64,000 bases of DNA, from NCBI GenBank assembly GCA_963767005.1, contig CAVYCN010000006.1, positions 160,001-224,000 on the forward strand, in the 5' to 3' direction. The DNA comes from an uncultured Actinomycetes bacterium. Its GTDB lineage: Bacteria; Actinomycetota; Thermoleophilia; UBA2241. This document shows positions 1 to 11,570 of this stretch, in pieces. The notes beneath the pieces were generated by a model. The model had not been told where the DNA came from and ran no database searches. It worked only from the letters and a program-made list of their open reading frames with translations. Position numbers and translations under genes: made by a program. Position 1 is the stretch's first letter; every line of letters begins with the position of its first letter.

Positions 1-1265
<1,265 letters not shown>

Positions 1266-1269
<4 letters not shown>

Positions 1270-1823
1270 GTGCTCCCACCTCTCACGTCCGCCGTCCGCA
1301 GACGGCCGTCGAGCTGCTGAAGGCGCGACCGCAGGCTGCCGTCGACCAGGAGGTCGTCGACGCGCAGCACGAGGCCGCCGAGGATGTCGGGGTCGACTCG
1401 CATGGTGAGCCGCGGCTCGCCGCCGGTCGAGCGCCGCACGCGGTCGGCGACGAGACGCTCGATGTCGGGGTCGACCGGCAGCGCCGTCGTGACCTGCACC
1501 TCGACGACGTGCTCGGCCTGGGCGACGTAGCGGTCGTACTGGTCGGCGACGTCGGCGACGAGCGTCAGGCGGCGCTTGGCGAGCATCACGCTGAGCACCC
1601 CGGCGGCCAGCTTGTCGGCGCCGCTCATGAGCTCGCCCACCACACGCGACTTGGCGTCGGGCTCGACCTGCGGGTTGAAGATCACGCCGGCCAGGGGCGC
1701 CGAGTCAGCCAGGGCCTGCACGAAGCCGCGCAGGTCCGCGCCGGTGCGGTCGATCGTGCCGGCCACGCTGGCCGCATCGAAGAGCGCCGTAGCATAGGCG
1801 CGCGCGATGGCGGCCTCGCTCAC
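1266..1823 (-). CDS. atpH: ATP synthase subunit delta
   Basis: [14 protein letters not shown]...[26 protein letters not shown] (OSCP/delta); between atpF and atpA. Confidence 0.93.
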
Positions 1824-2323
1824 GCGCCGCTCCCGAGCTCGTCCAAGTTGGCGGCCTTGAGCGCCTCGTCGATCAGGCGGCGGTGGTCGTCGTCGTCGAG
1901 CGACTTGCCGACCACCTGCTGGGTGGCCAGCATGGTGAGGCTCGCGATCTCGCCCTTGAGCTCCTGCAGCGCGGCGCGCATGTCGCGTTCGAGCTGCTCC
2001 TGGGCCTTCTCGATCGTGCGCTGCGCCTGCTTGCGCGCCTCGTCGACGATCTCGGTCTTGGTCTCGTCGCCGGCCTTGCGCGAACGCTCGAGGATCTGCT
2101 CTGCCTCGGCGCGCACCGAGGCGAGCGTCTCGCGATACTCGGCGAGCAGCCGGGAGGCCTCGGCCCGGGTGCCCTCTGCCGCATCGAGCGTCTCGGCCAC
2201 GTGGGCGCGACGCTGGTCGATGATCTTCTGGAGCGGGCCGAAGGCGAAGCGCCACAGGATGAACACCGAGACGCCGAAGCAGATGGCCGTCCAGATCATG
2301 AGGCCCGGGTTGATGGTCAGCAT
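1820..2323 (-). CDS. atpF: ATP synthase F0 subunit b
   Basis: N-terminal TM helix (INPGLMIWTAICF...FAFGPL) then long charged coiled coil; operon position. Confidence 0.95.
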   Translation of the reverse strand: MLTINPGLMIWTAICFGVSVFILWRFAFGPLQKIIDQRRAHVAETLDAAEGTRAEASRLLAEYRETLASVRAEAEQILERSRKAGDETKTEIVDEARKQAQRTIEKAQEQLERDMRAALQELKGEIASLTMLATQQVVGKSLDDDDHRRLIDEALKAANLDELGSGA

Positions 2324-2363
2324 GACGTTCCGTCACTCCTCACGTTGCAACCTCAGGCAGGGA

Positions 2364-2633
2364 CTACTTGACCACGAACAGAAGGATGAGGGCGACGACC
2401 AGGGCGTAGAGCGCGAGGGCCTCGATGATGCCGATGCCGATGAACATGTTGAGGCGGATCTCGCCGCGCAGCTCGGGCTGGCGCGCGATGCTCTCGATGG
2501 AGCTGCCGAAGAGCAGGCCCATGCCGACGCCCGGGCCGACCACGCCCAGGCCGGCGGCGAGGCCGGCGCCCAGCAGGCGGAGCCCCTGCTCGGTGGTCGC
2601 CGCGGCGGCGATCGTGGCGGCGCTTACGTCCAT
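2364..2633 (-). CDS. atpE: ATP synthase F0 subunit c (H+-type motif)
   Basis: GPGVGMG, ARQPE loop, carboxylate in IEALAL; no Na+-type Q...ES signature. Confidence 0.96.
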   Translation of the reverse strand: MDVSAATIAAAATTEQGLRLLGAGLAAGLGVVGPGVGMGLLFGSSIESIARQPELRGEIRLNMFIGIGIIEALALYALVVALILLFVVK

Positions 2634-2689
2634 GTGATTCCCTCCTTGGTGACGAGCCGGTCACCCATTGTGGCGATGGGCGCCATCCC

Positions 2690-3553
2690 TCAGTGCTCCT
2701 CTTCGAGCGCCGAGCCGATGTAGACGGCCGAGAGGATGGCGAAGATGAAGGCCTGGATGGCCGCGACGAAGATCTCGAACATGAACACGGCGACCGAGCC
2801 GACCTGCAGCACGACGCCGATCAGGTAGCTCTGGAACACGAGCACCATGGCGAAGAACACCGCCAGGATGAAGTGCCCGGCGAGCATGTTGGCGAAGAGC
2901 CGGACCGACAGCGAGACCAGACGGAAGATCTGGCTGATGACGTCGGACAGGAAGATGAACTGCTTGAGAAACGGCGGCGCCGGGATCACCCAGCTCTTGA
3001 AGTAGCCCACCGGCCCCTTCGCACGGATGCCGGCGTAGTGCGTAAAGACGAAGGTGAACACGGCCAGCGTGATGGTCACGTTGATGTTGCCGGTGGCGGC
3101 GTAGAAGGCGAGCTGGTTGCCGGTGCCGAAGGGCAGCGGGATCAGGCCGACGAGGTTGCACGTGAGCACGAAGAAGAAGGCCCCGCCGATGTAGGGGAAC
3201 CACGTGACGGCGCCCTGGCCCTTCATGACAGCCCCGGCGATGCCGTCGTGGGCGAGCTCGTAGAGGCTCTCCATGATGGTCTGGAAGCGGCCCGGCCGGG
3301 TGGTGAGTCCGCGGTGGATCAGCAGGGCGAAGAGACCGATGAAGCCGACCGCGATCCACTCGTAGATGACCGCCTTGGTGATCGACAGGTCGATCGGACC
3401 GAGCTTGGGCAGCTTGACGATCGGATGCAGGATGAACTCGCCGGCGACGTCGAAGGTCGCCTTGTGCTGGCCGGGGATGAAGAAGAGGGCGACGAGCAGG
3501 CCGAGCACGACGATCGCCCAGCTCCAGAGCGGGAGCCGCTTGAGCAGTTTCAC
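2690..3553 (-). CDS. atpB: ATP synthase F0 subunit a
   Basis: SLSVRLFANMLAGH, EIFVAAIQAFIFAILSAVYI; GTG start chosen at the overlap with the upstream stop. Confidence 0.95.
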   Translation of the reverse strand: MKLLKRLPLWSWAIVVLGLLVALFFIPGQHKATFDVAGEFILHPIVKLPKLGPIDLSITKAVIYEWIAVGFIGLFALLIHRGLTTRPGRFQTIMESLYELAHDGIAGAVMKGQGAVTWFPYIGGAFFFVLTCNLVGLIPLPFGTGNQLAFYAATGNINVTITLAVFTFVFTHYAGIRAKGPVGYFKSWVIPAPPFLKQFIFLSDVISQIFRLVSLSVRLFANMLAGHFILAVFFAMVLVFQSYLIGVVLQVGSVAVFMFEIFVAAIQAFIFAILSAVYIGSALEEEH

Positions 3554-3975
3554 GGAGCGCTCCTGTGACGCCCGGCCGGCGACACCACGGGGGCGTGCTC
3601 GGCGACCAGCAGCGGGTGGCGCCACAGGCGCACCCCGAGGTAGACGGTGTAGACGGCGACGAACGCGATGATCGCGTCGAGCAGGCCCGGCCGGTCGACC
3701 AGCGCGACGATCGTGAGGCCGCCGATGGCGAGCACCAGGCGCACCACCGTGCCGACGGCGCCGACGACCATGGCGCGCCCGAACGTGCCCGTGCTGCCGA
3801 TCCGGGCGCAGAGCAGCTCGACGACGCAGTAGATCACGACGAGCAGCGCCCCGACGAACGCGGCGAGCGCATGGCGACCGGCGAGGGCCGCCACGACTGC
3901 CGCGAGCGCGGCGAGGATCAGCAGGAGCACGGGGACGGACTCACGGCGCAGGAGTTGTCGCAGATGTACGTTCAT
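3550..3975 (-). CDS. AtpI-like membrane protein
   Basis: About 4 hydrophobic helices, directly upstream of and overlapping atpB. Confidence 0.7.
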   Translation of the reverse strand: MNVHLRQLLRRESVPVLLLILAALAAVVAALAGRHALAAFVGALLVVIYCVVELLCARIGSTGTFGRAMVVGAVGTVVRLVLAIGGLTIVALVDRPGLLDAIIAFVAVYTVYLGVRLWRHPLLVAEHAPVVSPAGRHRSAP

Positions 3976-4010
3976 GACCCCATGTCCGGCTCGACGCCGG
4001 ATTATGCCCC

Positions 4011-4232
4011 TCATTTCGTCTCGAAGAACACCACAGCGAGGGCAGCCGCGAACCCGATGAACACACCGGCGACGCTGAGCCACGGGACCGTGTGCAACAG
4101 CCGGTCGAGGCCGTAGCCCACCAGCACGCCGCCGCCGACGCCCGTCAGGATGGTGAACGCGACGGTCTGAGCGGCTCGCAGTCCGCGGTCACGATGGCCG
4201 TTGCGGCCGTGATCGCCCGATTCGCGCGGCAT
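4011..4232 (-). CDS. AtpZ/AtpI family small membrane protein
   Basis: GVLVGYGLDRLLHTVPWLSVAGVFIG matches the GxxLD...PW pattern of ATPase gene-1 proteins. Confidence 0.8.
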   Translation of the reverse strand: MPRESGDHGRNGHRDRGLRAAQTVAFTILTGVGGGVLVGYGLDRLLHTVPWLSVAGVFIGFAAALAVVFFETK

Positions 4233-4311
4233 AGTATATCGGCCCCTTCGTACCCGGACAACCGACCCGGCACACCCCACCGGCCACCGGCGAGCGACCG
4301 CGCGGCGCCCC

Positions 4312-5478
4312 CTAGCGCACCGTCGTGCCGCCCGAGCGGCGGTGGTGGCGGCCGGCGCGAGGGCGGCGCCCCGGCCGCTCCGCCGGCGGACCCGTCCCGC
4401 CCGCGACCTCCGCACCACCGTCGACCTCGTTCTCGCGGTAGCGCAGCAGCAGCCGCGCCATCGCCGCCGTGGCGGCGAGGGCGGCGAGGCCGAGCACGAC
4501 GACCGCGGGGATGTCGTGAAAGCGCATGGCCAGCGCCAGTCCGTTCAGCAGCAGGCACCAGCCGTACAGGAGCAGCACCGACGTGCGTTGCGAGAACCCG
4601 GCGGCGAGCACGAGGTCGTGGTGCACATGGTCGCGCCCGCTCGTGTAGACCGGCACGCCGCGCCGCAGGCGGCGGAAGACGACCAGGAACAGGTCGGCGA
4701 ACGGCACGCCCAGCACGAGCAACGGAAAGATCAGGGCGACGGCCGCGGTGCTCTTGAGCACGCCCTGGATGCTGATCACGGCGAGCACGTAGCCGAGCAG
4801 CATGGCGCCGGCATCGCCCATGAAGATGCTGGCCGGGTAGAAGTTGAAGCGCAGGAAGGCAAAGCCGGCGCCGGCCAGCACGGCGGCGGCGATGCCGGTC
4901 GTGCCGCGGTCGAGCGACAGGGCGATCACGGCGAAGGTCAGGGCGGAGATCGCGCAGACGCCGGCGGCCAGGCCGTCGAGCCCGTCGATGAAGTTCACCA
5001 TGTTGATGATGGTCGCCACCCAGAGCACCGTGAGCGGCACCGAGATGGCCGGCGCCAGCGTGAGGGTGAGGCTCGTGAGCGGCACCGACAGGTGGTCGAT
5101 GCGCAGCCCGAAGGCGAGCATCGCGACGATCGCGGCGATCTGCCCCGCGAGCTTGAGCGCCCAGTTGATCTCGGCGTAGTCGTCGAGCACGCCGACGATG
5201 GCGACGATCGTGCCGCCCACGAGGATCGCCTTGGTGGCGGCGTCCTTCTGCACGAGCACGGCGGTGGGCACCATGACGCCCAGGTAGATGGCGAGGCCGC
5301 CGAGCAGCGGCGTGACCCGGCGGTGCATGCGGCGGGCGTCGACGGGGCGGTCGACCACGCCGGTGCGGCGCGCCAGCACCGCCATGGCCGGGGTCGCGAG
5401 GATGACGATGCTCGCCGCGAGCAGGAAGCCGAGGATGGCGAGCTGGACCGCGCTCGGCAGCTCGAGCAGCTCGGTTAT
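4312..5478 (-). CDS. WecA/TagO (MraY family) undecaprenyl-phosphate GlcNAc-1-phosphate transferase
   Basis: [37 protein letters not shown] motifs; start placed at ATA 5478 (inference), first ATG at 5385. Confidence 0.9.
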   Translation of the reverse strand: MTELLELPSAVQLAILGFLLAASIVILATPAMAVLARRTGVVDRPVDARRMHRRVTPLLGGLAIYLGVMVPTAVLVQKDAATKAILVGGTIVAIVGVLDDYAEINWALKLAGQIAAIVAMLAFGLRIDHLSVPLTSLTLTLAPAISVPLTVLWVATIINMVNFIDGLDGLAAGVCAISALTFAVIALSLDRGTTGIAAAVLAGAGFAFLRFNFYPASIFMGDAGAMLLGYVLAVISIQGVLKSTAAVALIFPLLVLGVPFADLFLVVFRRLRRGVPVYTSGRDHVHHDLVLAAGFSQRTSVLLLYGWCLLLNGLALAMRFHDIPAVVVLGLAALAATAAMARLLLRYRENEVDGGAEVAGGTGPPAERPGRRPRAGRHHRRSGGTTVR

Positions 5479-5957
5479 GGCAGGTCCTCCTTGAGCACGA
5501 CGACGCCCGCCTCGGCGAACATGCTCAGGGAGAGCTCGTCGGGGTAGCCCTCGACGTAGTGGATCTCGCGCACGCCGCAGTTGATCAGCATCTTGGCGCA
5601 GAGCACACAGGGCTGCAGCGTCGTGTACAGGATCGCACCGTCGATGGCGATGCCGTGCACGGCGGCCTGGATGATCGCGTTCTGCTCGGCGTGGATGGCG
5701 CGACAGAGCTCGGCGCGCTCGCCCGAGGGGATGCCGAGCTGCGCGCGCAGGCAGCCCACGTCGAGGCAGTGGGCCACGCCGCGCGGGGCGCCGTTGTAGC
5801 CGGTGGCCAGCACGCGCCGGTCGCGCACGAGCACGGCGCCGACCTGGCGGCGCAGGCAGGTCGAGCGGGTCGCGGCCTGGCGGGCGAGCTGCAGAAAGTA
5901 CTCGTCCCAGCTCGGGCGCGCGGCCCGCGGGACGCCCGGGGCGGCGGGCTCAGCCAC
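5475..5957 (-). CDS. dCMP deaminase / ComEB family
   Basis: [25 protein letters not shown] and PCVLC Zn motifs. Confidence 0.92.
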   Translation of the reverse strand: MAEPAAPGVPRAARPSWDEYFLQLARQAATRSTCLRRQVGAVLVRDRRVLATGYNGAPRGVAHCLDVGCLRAQLGIPSGERAELCRAIHAEQNAIIQAAVHGIAIDGAILYTTLQPCVLCAKMLINCGVREIHYVEGYPDELSLSMFAEAGVVVLKEDLP

Positions 5958-5986
5958 GGTCCGCCGCCGCTCGCCGGCGGCCGGGC

Positions 5987-6442
5987 TCAGTCGCGGGCGC
6001 GGACCGCACCGGCGTCGATCCCGGCGACGCGCTGCTCGTGGCGGCCGCCTTCGAAGGGCGTGGACAGCCACGCCGCGGTGATGGTCCAGGCCGCGGCCGG
6101 CTCGAGCAGCCGGGCGCCGAGGCACAGGACGTTGGCGTCGTTGTGGCGGCGCGAGAGCTCGGCCATCTCGACGGTGAGGCAGTCCGCGGCGCGCACGCCG
6201 GCGTGGCGGTTGGCCGCCATGCACATGCCGATGCCGCTGCCACACACGAGCAGCCCACGGTCGGCCTCGCCGCGGGCGACGCGGCCGGCGACGTCGTGGG
6301 CGAAGGTCGGGTAGTCGACCGACGCGTCGGAGCCAGTGCCGACGTCGACGACCTCGTACCCGGCGACCCGCAGCCGCTCGACCAGCTCGTCCTTGAGCAC
6401 GAAACCGGCGTGGTCGGCGCCGGCGGCGATCTTCACAGCCAT
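5987..6442 (-). CDS. rpiB: Ribose-5-phosphate isomerase B
   Basis: GADHAG, DYP, CGSGIG, HNDANVL, FEGGRH motifs. Confidence 0.95.
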   Translation of the reverse strand: MAVKIAAGADHAGFVLKDELVERLRVAGYEVVDVGTGSDASVDYPTFAHDVAGRVARGEADRGLLVCGSGIGMCMAANRHAGVRAADCLTVEMAELSRRHNDANVLCLGARLLEPAAAWTITAAWLSTPFEGGRHEQRVAGIDAGAVRARD

Positions 6443-6646
6443 GATTCCCTTTCGTCGCTGTCGGTGCGGGCGCGGCGGGACGGTCGCGGACGGCGGCCGT
6501 CCCGCCGCGCCCGCACCCCCCGGCGATTCTACCAAACGGTCCGGCGGGCCGGCCCGAACCGGGCGCGCCGCTCGCGCAGTCCTTCGGCCGGCCGCGCCGA
6601 CCGCCGTGCGCCGCGACGGGCCGGGCCGTCGCGGCCGGGGCGGCGC

Positions 6647-7534
6647 CTAGAACGACAGCTCGCCGGTCATGACCGGCACCACCCCGCCGCCGACCAGCAC
6701 ATCGACGATGTGGTTGCCCTCGGTCGTGACCGACAGCGTGAGCCGGCTGGGGCGGCGCGCGTGCTGGCCCTGGGCCAGCACGCGCGCCGCCCCCGGCCCG
6801 AGCAGGCCCTCGCGCGACAGGTAGGCGGCGAGCGGCCCGGCCGCGCTGCCCGTGGCCGGGTCTTCGACGATGCCGGCGAGCGGCACGAAGCAGCGCGCCT
6901 CGGCGAAGGGCTCCTCGTCGCCGGTGAGCGCGAACGGGTAGAGCGGTGCGTAGCGGCGCTCGAACTCGGGCAGCAGGTTGAAGTTGAACCAGGCGCTCGC
7001 CAGCGTGCGCTGGTTGCGCAGCGGGATGATCGCGTAGCCCAGGCCGGTCGACACGACGCGCGGCACGAGCTCCTCGTCCAGGTCGCTCTCCTGCAGGCAG
7101 AGCGCGGCGGCCGCCTCGGCCCGCGGGATCTCCTCACCGAAGCCCGGGACGCCCTGATGGACGACGCCGGCCACGGCCTGGCCGTCGCGCACGGTGACGT
7201 CGACGACGGTGGGGCCGGCCTTGAGCTCGAGCGTGACCTCGGTGAGCGGCTCCTGCGCCGCGACGCGGCCGGTCGAGACGAGCGTGCAGGCGGTGCCGAT
7301 GCTCGGGTGGCCGGCGAAGGGCAGCTCGACGGCCGGCGTGAAGATGCGCACGCGGGCGTCGCCGCCCTCCGCCGGCGCCGTGACGAAGGTCGTCTCGGAC
7401 AGGTTCATCTCGGTGGCGATGCGCTGCATCTCCTCGTCGGCCAGGCCCTCGGCCTCGGGGAAGATGGCGAGCGGGTTGCCGGCCAGCGGCCCCTCGCTGA
7501 ACACGTCGACCTGGATCATGCGCAAGGTCTTCAC
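6647..7534 (-). CDS. PhzF family isomerase
   Basis: [32 protein letters not shown] motifs. Confidence 0.92.
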   Translation of the reverse strand: MKTLRMIQVDVFSEGPLAGNPLAIFPEAEGLADEEMQRIATEMNLSETTFVTAPAEGGDARVRIFTPAVELPFAGHPSIGTACTLVSTGRVAAQEPLTEVTLELKAGPTVVDVTVRDGQAVAGVVHQGVPGFGEEIPRAEAAAALCLQESDLDEELVPRVVSTGLGYAIIPLRNQRTLASAWFNFNLLPEFERRYAPLYPFALTGDEEPFAEARCFVPLAGIVEDPATGSAAGPLAAYLSREGLLGPGAARVLAQGQHARRPSRLTLSVTTEGNHIVDVLVGGGVVPVMTGELSF

Positions 7535-8223
7535 GGGGCCATCCGTTCTTCGTCGCCGCCGAGCAGAGCCTCGATCTCGGCCGCCGCGACCGCCCCGGGG
7601 CGCAGGATGCGGTAGCCCAGGCCGGCCTCGTAGCCGCTGAGGTCGAGCACGCACGACGATACGCCAGCGGTCGGGCCCGCGTCGAGCAGCAGATCGCAGG
7701 CCGAGCGCAGCGCCGGCGCCACGCGCTCGAGGGCGGCCGGATCGTCGCCGCCGCTCGGGTTGGCCGACGAGGCGAGCAAAGGGAACGGCAGCCCGGCCAG
7801 CAGCCTCGCGCCTGTGGGCCAGGCGGGCACGCGCACGCCGAGCGTCGCCACGCGGCGCGGCGCGGCGCCCGAGGCGGCCGGCCACTCGGTCAGCGCCGGC
7901 GGCGGGCATCGGAGGCCCGGCGGGTAGGGCACGACCAGCGTGAACGGGCCGGGCAGCAGGCGGCCCAGGGCGGCGGCCAGGCGCGGGCCCGGCGCGAGCG
8001 CGGCCAGCAGCAGCTCGACGGTCGGGTAGACGACCTGGAGCGGCTTGTCGGCCGCCCTTCCCTTGACCCGGGCGATGACCGCCACCGTGGCCGCCGCGAC
8101 CGCACCGCCGATGCCGTAGACGGTGTCGGTCGGAAAGCAGACGAGCTCGGCGGCGGCCACCGCCGCGACGAGCCCCGCCGTGCCGGCCTCGTCGAGCGCG
8201 CGCAGGTCGACCGTACGGGTCAC
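7531..8223 (-). CDS. tsaC: L-threonylcarbamoyladenylate synthase (Sua5/YrdC/TsaC)
   Basis: FPTDTVYG, KGRxxxKPL, PGPFT, SSANPSG. Confidence 0.88.
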   Translation of the reverse strand: MTRTVDLRALDEAGTAGLVAAVAAAELVCFPTDTVYGIGGAVAAATVAVIARVKGRAADKPLQVVYPTVELLLAALAPGPRLAAALGRLLPGPFTLVVPYPPGLRCPPPALTEWPAASGAAPRRVATLGVRVPAWPTGARLLAGLPFPLLASSANPSGGDDPAALERVAPALRSACDLLLDAGPTAGVSSCVLDLSGYEAGLGYRILRPGAVAAAEIEALLGGDEERMAP

Positions 8224-8346
8224 GTGGCCGCGCTCCGCGTCAGGCGCACCGGCGCGCGCCGCGCCGAAGCGCGCCGCGCCGGTGCAGGGCACGCCGGCGC
8301 GGGCCACGCCGGCGCGGCCCGGGGTGCCCGGCGGCGCGGCGCCGGC

Positions 8347-9609
8347 TCACGGTGCGCCCCGCAGCTCGGCCGAGCGGGCGTGGGCGTGCAGGCCTTCGTC
8401 GCGGGCGATGGCCGCCACGGCCGGCGCCAGGGCCGCCGCCGCGGCCTGGTCGAGCTCGACCCAGCCCACCCGCTTGACGAAGTCGGCGACCGACAGCCCC
8501 TGGGAGAAGCGCGCCGTGCCGCCCGTCGGCAGCACGTGGTTGGTGCCGGCCGCGTAGTCGCCGAAGGCGGTGGCGGCGCGCGGGCCGACGAAGATCGCGC
8601 CCGCGCCCCGCACCTGGGGCACGAGCGCGGCCGCACCGGCCACATGGAGCTCGAGGTGCTCGGGCGCGAAGGCGTCGACCAGGCGCAGCGCCGCCGCGAC
8701 GTCGGGACAGGCGACGAGCGCGATACGCGCGGTCGGCAGGTCGAGCTCGGCGGCCAGGCGCTCGACGGCCGCGGCCACGCGGTCGCCCAGCGAGCCGCCG
8801 GCGTCGAGCAGCGCGGCCATCGCGCCGGAGCCGTGCTCGGCCTGGGCGAGCAGGTCGGCCGCCAGCCAGTCGACGTGGGCGTCGGCGTCGGCCACGATCA
8901 GCACCTCGCTGGGCCCGGCCAGGCCGTCGATGCGCACCTCGCCCATGACCTGGCGCTTGGCCTCGGTCACGTAGGCGTTGCCGGGCCCCACGATCACGTC
9001 GCAGCGCGGCACGACGGCGGTGCCGTAGGCCATGGCGGCCACCGCCTGGGCGCCGCCGATCGGGTAGAGGTCGGTCACGCCGAGCAGCGCGCAGGCGGCG
9101 GCGACGCCCGCGGCGACGCCGCCGCCCGCGCGCGGCGGCGAGCACACCACGACACGGTCGACCCCGGCGACCTGTGCCGGGATCGCCGTCATGAGCACCG
9201 ACGACGGGTAGTTCGCGAGGCCGCCCGGCACGTAGAGGCCGGCCACCGCCAGCGGCACGATCTCCTGCCCGACGATCTGGCCCTGGGCGAACGTCTCGCG
9301 CCAGGCGAGCGGTCGCTCGCGAGTATGGTAGGCGCGGATGTTGGCGGCGGCGAGCTCGAGGGCCGCGCGCAGCTCGGGAGCCGCGGCGTCGAGGGCGGCG
9401 CGCAGGTCGGCCGGCGCCACCCCGTAGCGAGCGGGCAGGTCGATGCCGTCGAGGCGCCGGGCGTGCTCGCGCACCGCCTCGTCACCGCGGGCACGCACGT
9501 CGGCGAGGATGCCGGCGACCGCCCGGGCGACGTCGGCCGCAAGCGCGGCGGGTGTGCGCAGCTCGGCCACGATCGCGGCCGGGTCGTCGTGCAGAGTCAG
9601 TCGCTTCAC
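8347..9609 (-). CDS. hisD: Histidinol dehydrogenase
   Basis: LYVPGG, GPGNAYV, AQAEH, PEHLEL, GDYAAGTNHVLPT, EGLHAH. Confidence 0.95.
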   Translation of the reverse strand: MKRLTLHDDPAAIVAELRTPAALAADVARAVAGILADVRARGDEAVREHARRLDGIDLPARYGVAPADLRAALDAAAPELRAALELAAANIRAYHTRERPLAWRETFAQGQIVGQEIVPLAVAGLYVPGGLANYPSSVLMTAIPAQVAGVDRVVVCSPPRAGGGVAAGVAAACALLGVTDLYPIGGAQAVAAMAYGTAVVPRCDVIVGPGNAYVTEAKRQVMGEVRIDGLAGPSEVLIVADADAHVDWLAADLLAQAEHGSGAMAALLDAGGSLGDRVAAAVERLAAELDLPTARIALVACPDVAAALRLVDAFAPEHLELHVAGAAALVPQVRGAGAIFVGPRAATAFGDYAAGTNHVLPTGGTARFSQGLSVADFVKRVGWVELDQAAAAALAPAVAAIARDEGLHAHARSAELRGAP

Positions 9610-10304
9610 GTGTCTCCCTTCGGCGCGGGCGCGGGCAGGTCCGGCAGCGTCGCGCGCAGGCGCGCGACCAGGGCGGCGAGCTCGGCGGCGCGCAGCACCC
9701 GCGCCGCGCGGCCGGCCACCAGGCGGACCGAGCTCTCGGTCACGACACCCTCGACGACGAGCTCGCCCATCGTGGTGGGCGCGCCGCCGACCGCGGGCGG
9801 GGCGAGCGCCACGACGGCGTCGGCGAGGCCGTCGGCGACGGCCCGTTCGAGCTCGCCGGCGACCTCGACCACGTCGGCCTGCAACCCGCGACCGGCGAGG
9901 AACGAGCGCGCGAGACGCGGGTGCCGCGTCGCCACGCGCAGCCGGCCCAGCCGCGACAGGCGCAGCGGTGCGCCGGGCGCGACCGCGTAGAGCAGCAGCG
10001 CCGCGCCGAAGCGCAGGTCGAGCAGCTCGCACAGGCCGGGCGCGCGCTCGAGCAGGACGTCCTTCGTGACCAGGCCGGCATCGGCCGCGCCGGCGACGAG
10101 GTAGGCGCACACGTCGTCGGCCGCCATCGTCGTCAGCGCCACATCGAGGGCGCCGGATCGGTCCGCAAGGTCGCCGGCCTCGCCGCTGGCAGCGACGACG
10201 GCGGGCGACGGCGCAGCCGGAACTCCGGTCACGCCGGCGGCGCCGAGCAGGGCGAGCGACGGCGCGGCGAGCGCGCCGTCGGGCACGGCCAGCCGCAGGC
10301 TCAT
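9606..10304 (-). CDS. hisG: ATP phosphoribosyltransferase, short form (strongly divergent)
   Basis: GAADAGLVTKDVLLE, LLDLRFG, LRVAT(R/H)P; between hisZ and hisD; several canonical residues missing. Confidence 0.75.
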   Translation of the reverse strand: MSLRLAVPDGALAAPSLALLGAAGVTGVPAAPSPAVVAASGEAGDLADRSGALDVALTTMAADDVCAYLVAGAADAGLVTKDVLLERAPGLCELLDLRFGAALLLYAVAPGAPLRLSRLGRLRVATRHPRLARSFLAGRGLQADVVEVAGELERAVADGLADAVVALAPPAVGGAPTTMGELVVEGVVTESSVRLVAGRAARVLRAAELAALVARLRATLPDLPAPAPKGDT

Positions 10305-10317
10305 GGGCGTGACCGGC

Positions 10318-11514
10318 TCATCCCGCCCCCAGCGCGCGCAGCACGTCGCGCCACGAGCCACGGGTGACGCCGGCGGCCGTCTCGAGCACGAACTCGCCGT
10401 GCTCCTCGCGCAGCCGTGGCGCATCGGGACGCGCGTCGTCGGGCAGCGCGGCCACCGCCACCCCCAGGCGGCGCAGCTCGGCCACCCGGCGCGCGTCGTC
10501 GAGCCCGCCGGCGAAGGCGAGCGGTACCGGGAAGACCGGCGCGACGCCCTCGCCCTCGTCGACGAGCGCCTGGTGCAGCCGCTCGAGGTCGACGGCCACA
10601 CCGACGGCGGGCAGCGGCCAGTCGAAGGCCGCGAGCAGGTCGTCGTAGCGGCCGCCACAGGCGACCGGGAAACCGACGCCGGGGGCGTAGGCCTCGAGCA
10701 CCATGCCGGTGTAGTAGTCGATCTCGGGCAGCAGGCCGAAGTCAAAGCCGACGACGTCGCCGTAGCCGGCGTCGTCGGCGAGCTCCTGGATGGACACGAG
10801 GCGTTCGACGACGTCCTCCATGCCCTCACTGGCCGCCAGGCGGCGAGCGGCGGCCAGGGCGCCCTTGCCCGGCGACAGGTCGAGCGCGCGCTGCAGCATC
10901 TCGCGGCCGGCGGCGTCGACGCCGCGGTTGGCGACGATGCTCTCGAGCAGCGCGTAGTCGCGGTCGGCGAGGGCGTCGAAGAGGTCGTCGCCGTCGTCGG
11001 GCGTGAGGCCGAGGGCGGCCACGAGCTCGCGGTGAAAGGCGACGCTGCCGATCACCAGGCGAAAGCCGCGCAGGCCGGTGGCGGCGAGCGCGTCGCAGAG
11101 CAGCACGACGATCTCGGCGTCGGCGGCCGGCGCGGCCGAGCCGAGCAGCTCGGCGCCGAGCTGGACCGACTCGCCGGCGCGCCCGTTGCGGCTCGCCTCG
11201 GTGCGGTAGACCGGGCCTTCGTAGGCCAGGCGCAGCGGCAGCGACCGCTCGCGCAGGCGATCGGCGGCCACGCGCGCGACCGACGTGGTGAGGTCGGTAC
11301 GCAGCACGAGCGCGCGGCCGCGCTCGTCGTAGAGGTGGAAGCCCGAGGCCAGCAGGTCGACGCCGGTCCGCTCGACGGTCTCGGGGTACTCGAGCGCCGG
11401 CGGGCGCACCTCGCCGTAGCCATAGGCGTTGAAGCGCGCGAGCACAGTCTGCTCGATCGCGCGCAGCTCGGCCGCCTCGGTCGGCAGCACATCGCGCATG
11501 CCCTCGGGGATCAC
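10318..11514 (-). CDS. hisZ: ATP phosphoribosyltransferase regulatory subunit
   Basis: IPEGMRDVLP, VLRTDLT, QLGAEL, YYTGMVLE, GGRYDDLL (HisRS paralog) upstream of hisG. Confidence 0.92.
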   Translation of the reverse strand: MIPEGMRDVLPTEAAELRAIEQTVLARFNAYGYGEVRPPALEYPETVERTGVDLLASGFHLYDERGRALVLRTDLTTSVARVAADRLRERSLPLRLAYEGPVYRTEASRNGRAGESVQLGAELLGSAAPAADAEIVVLLCDALAATGLRGFRLVIGSVAFHRELVAALGLTPDDGDDLFDALADRDYALLESIVANRGVDAAGREMLQRALDLSPGKGALAAARRLAASEGMEDVVERLVSIQELADDAGYGDVVGFDFGLLPEIDYYTGMVLEAYAPGVGFPVACGGRYDDLLAAFDWPLPAVGVAVDLERLHQALVDEGEGVAPVFPVPLAFAGGLDDARRVAELRRLGVAVAALPDDARPDAPRLREEHGEFVLETAAGVTRGSWRDVLRALGAG

Positions 11515-11570
11515 GGCAGTCCGACCTCCGATCGTGTCGGCGCCGCCTTCGCGGCGCCCTTCGAGGACTC

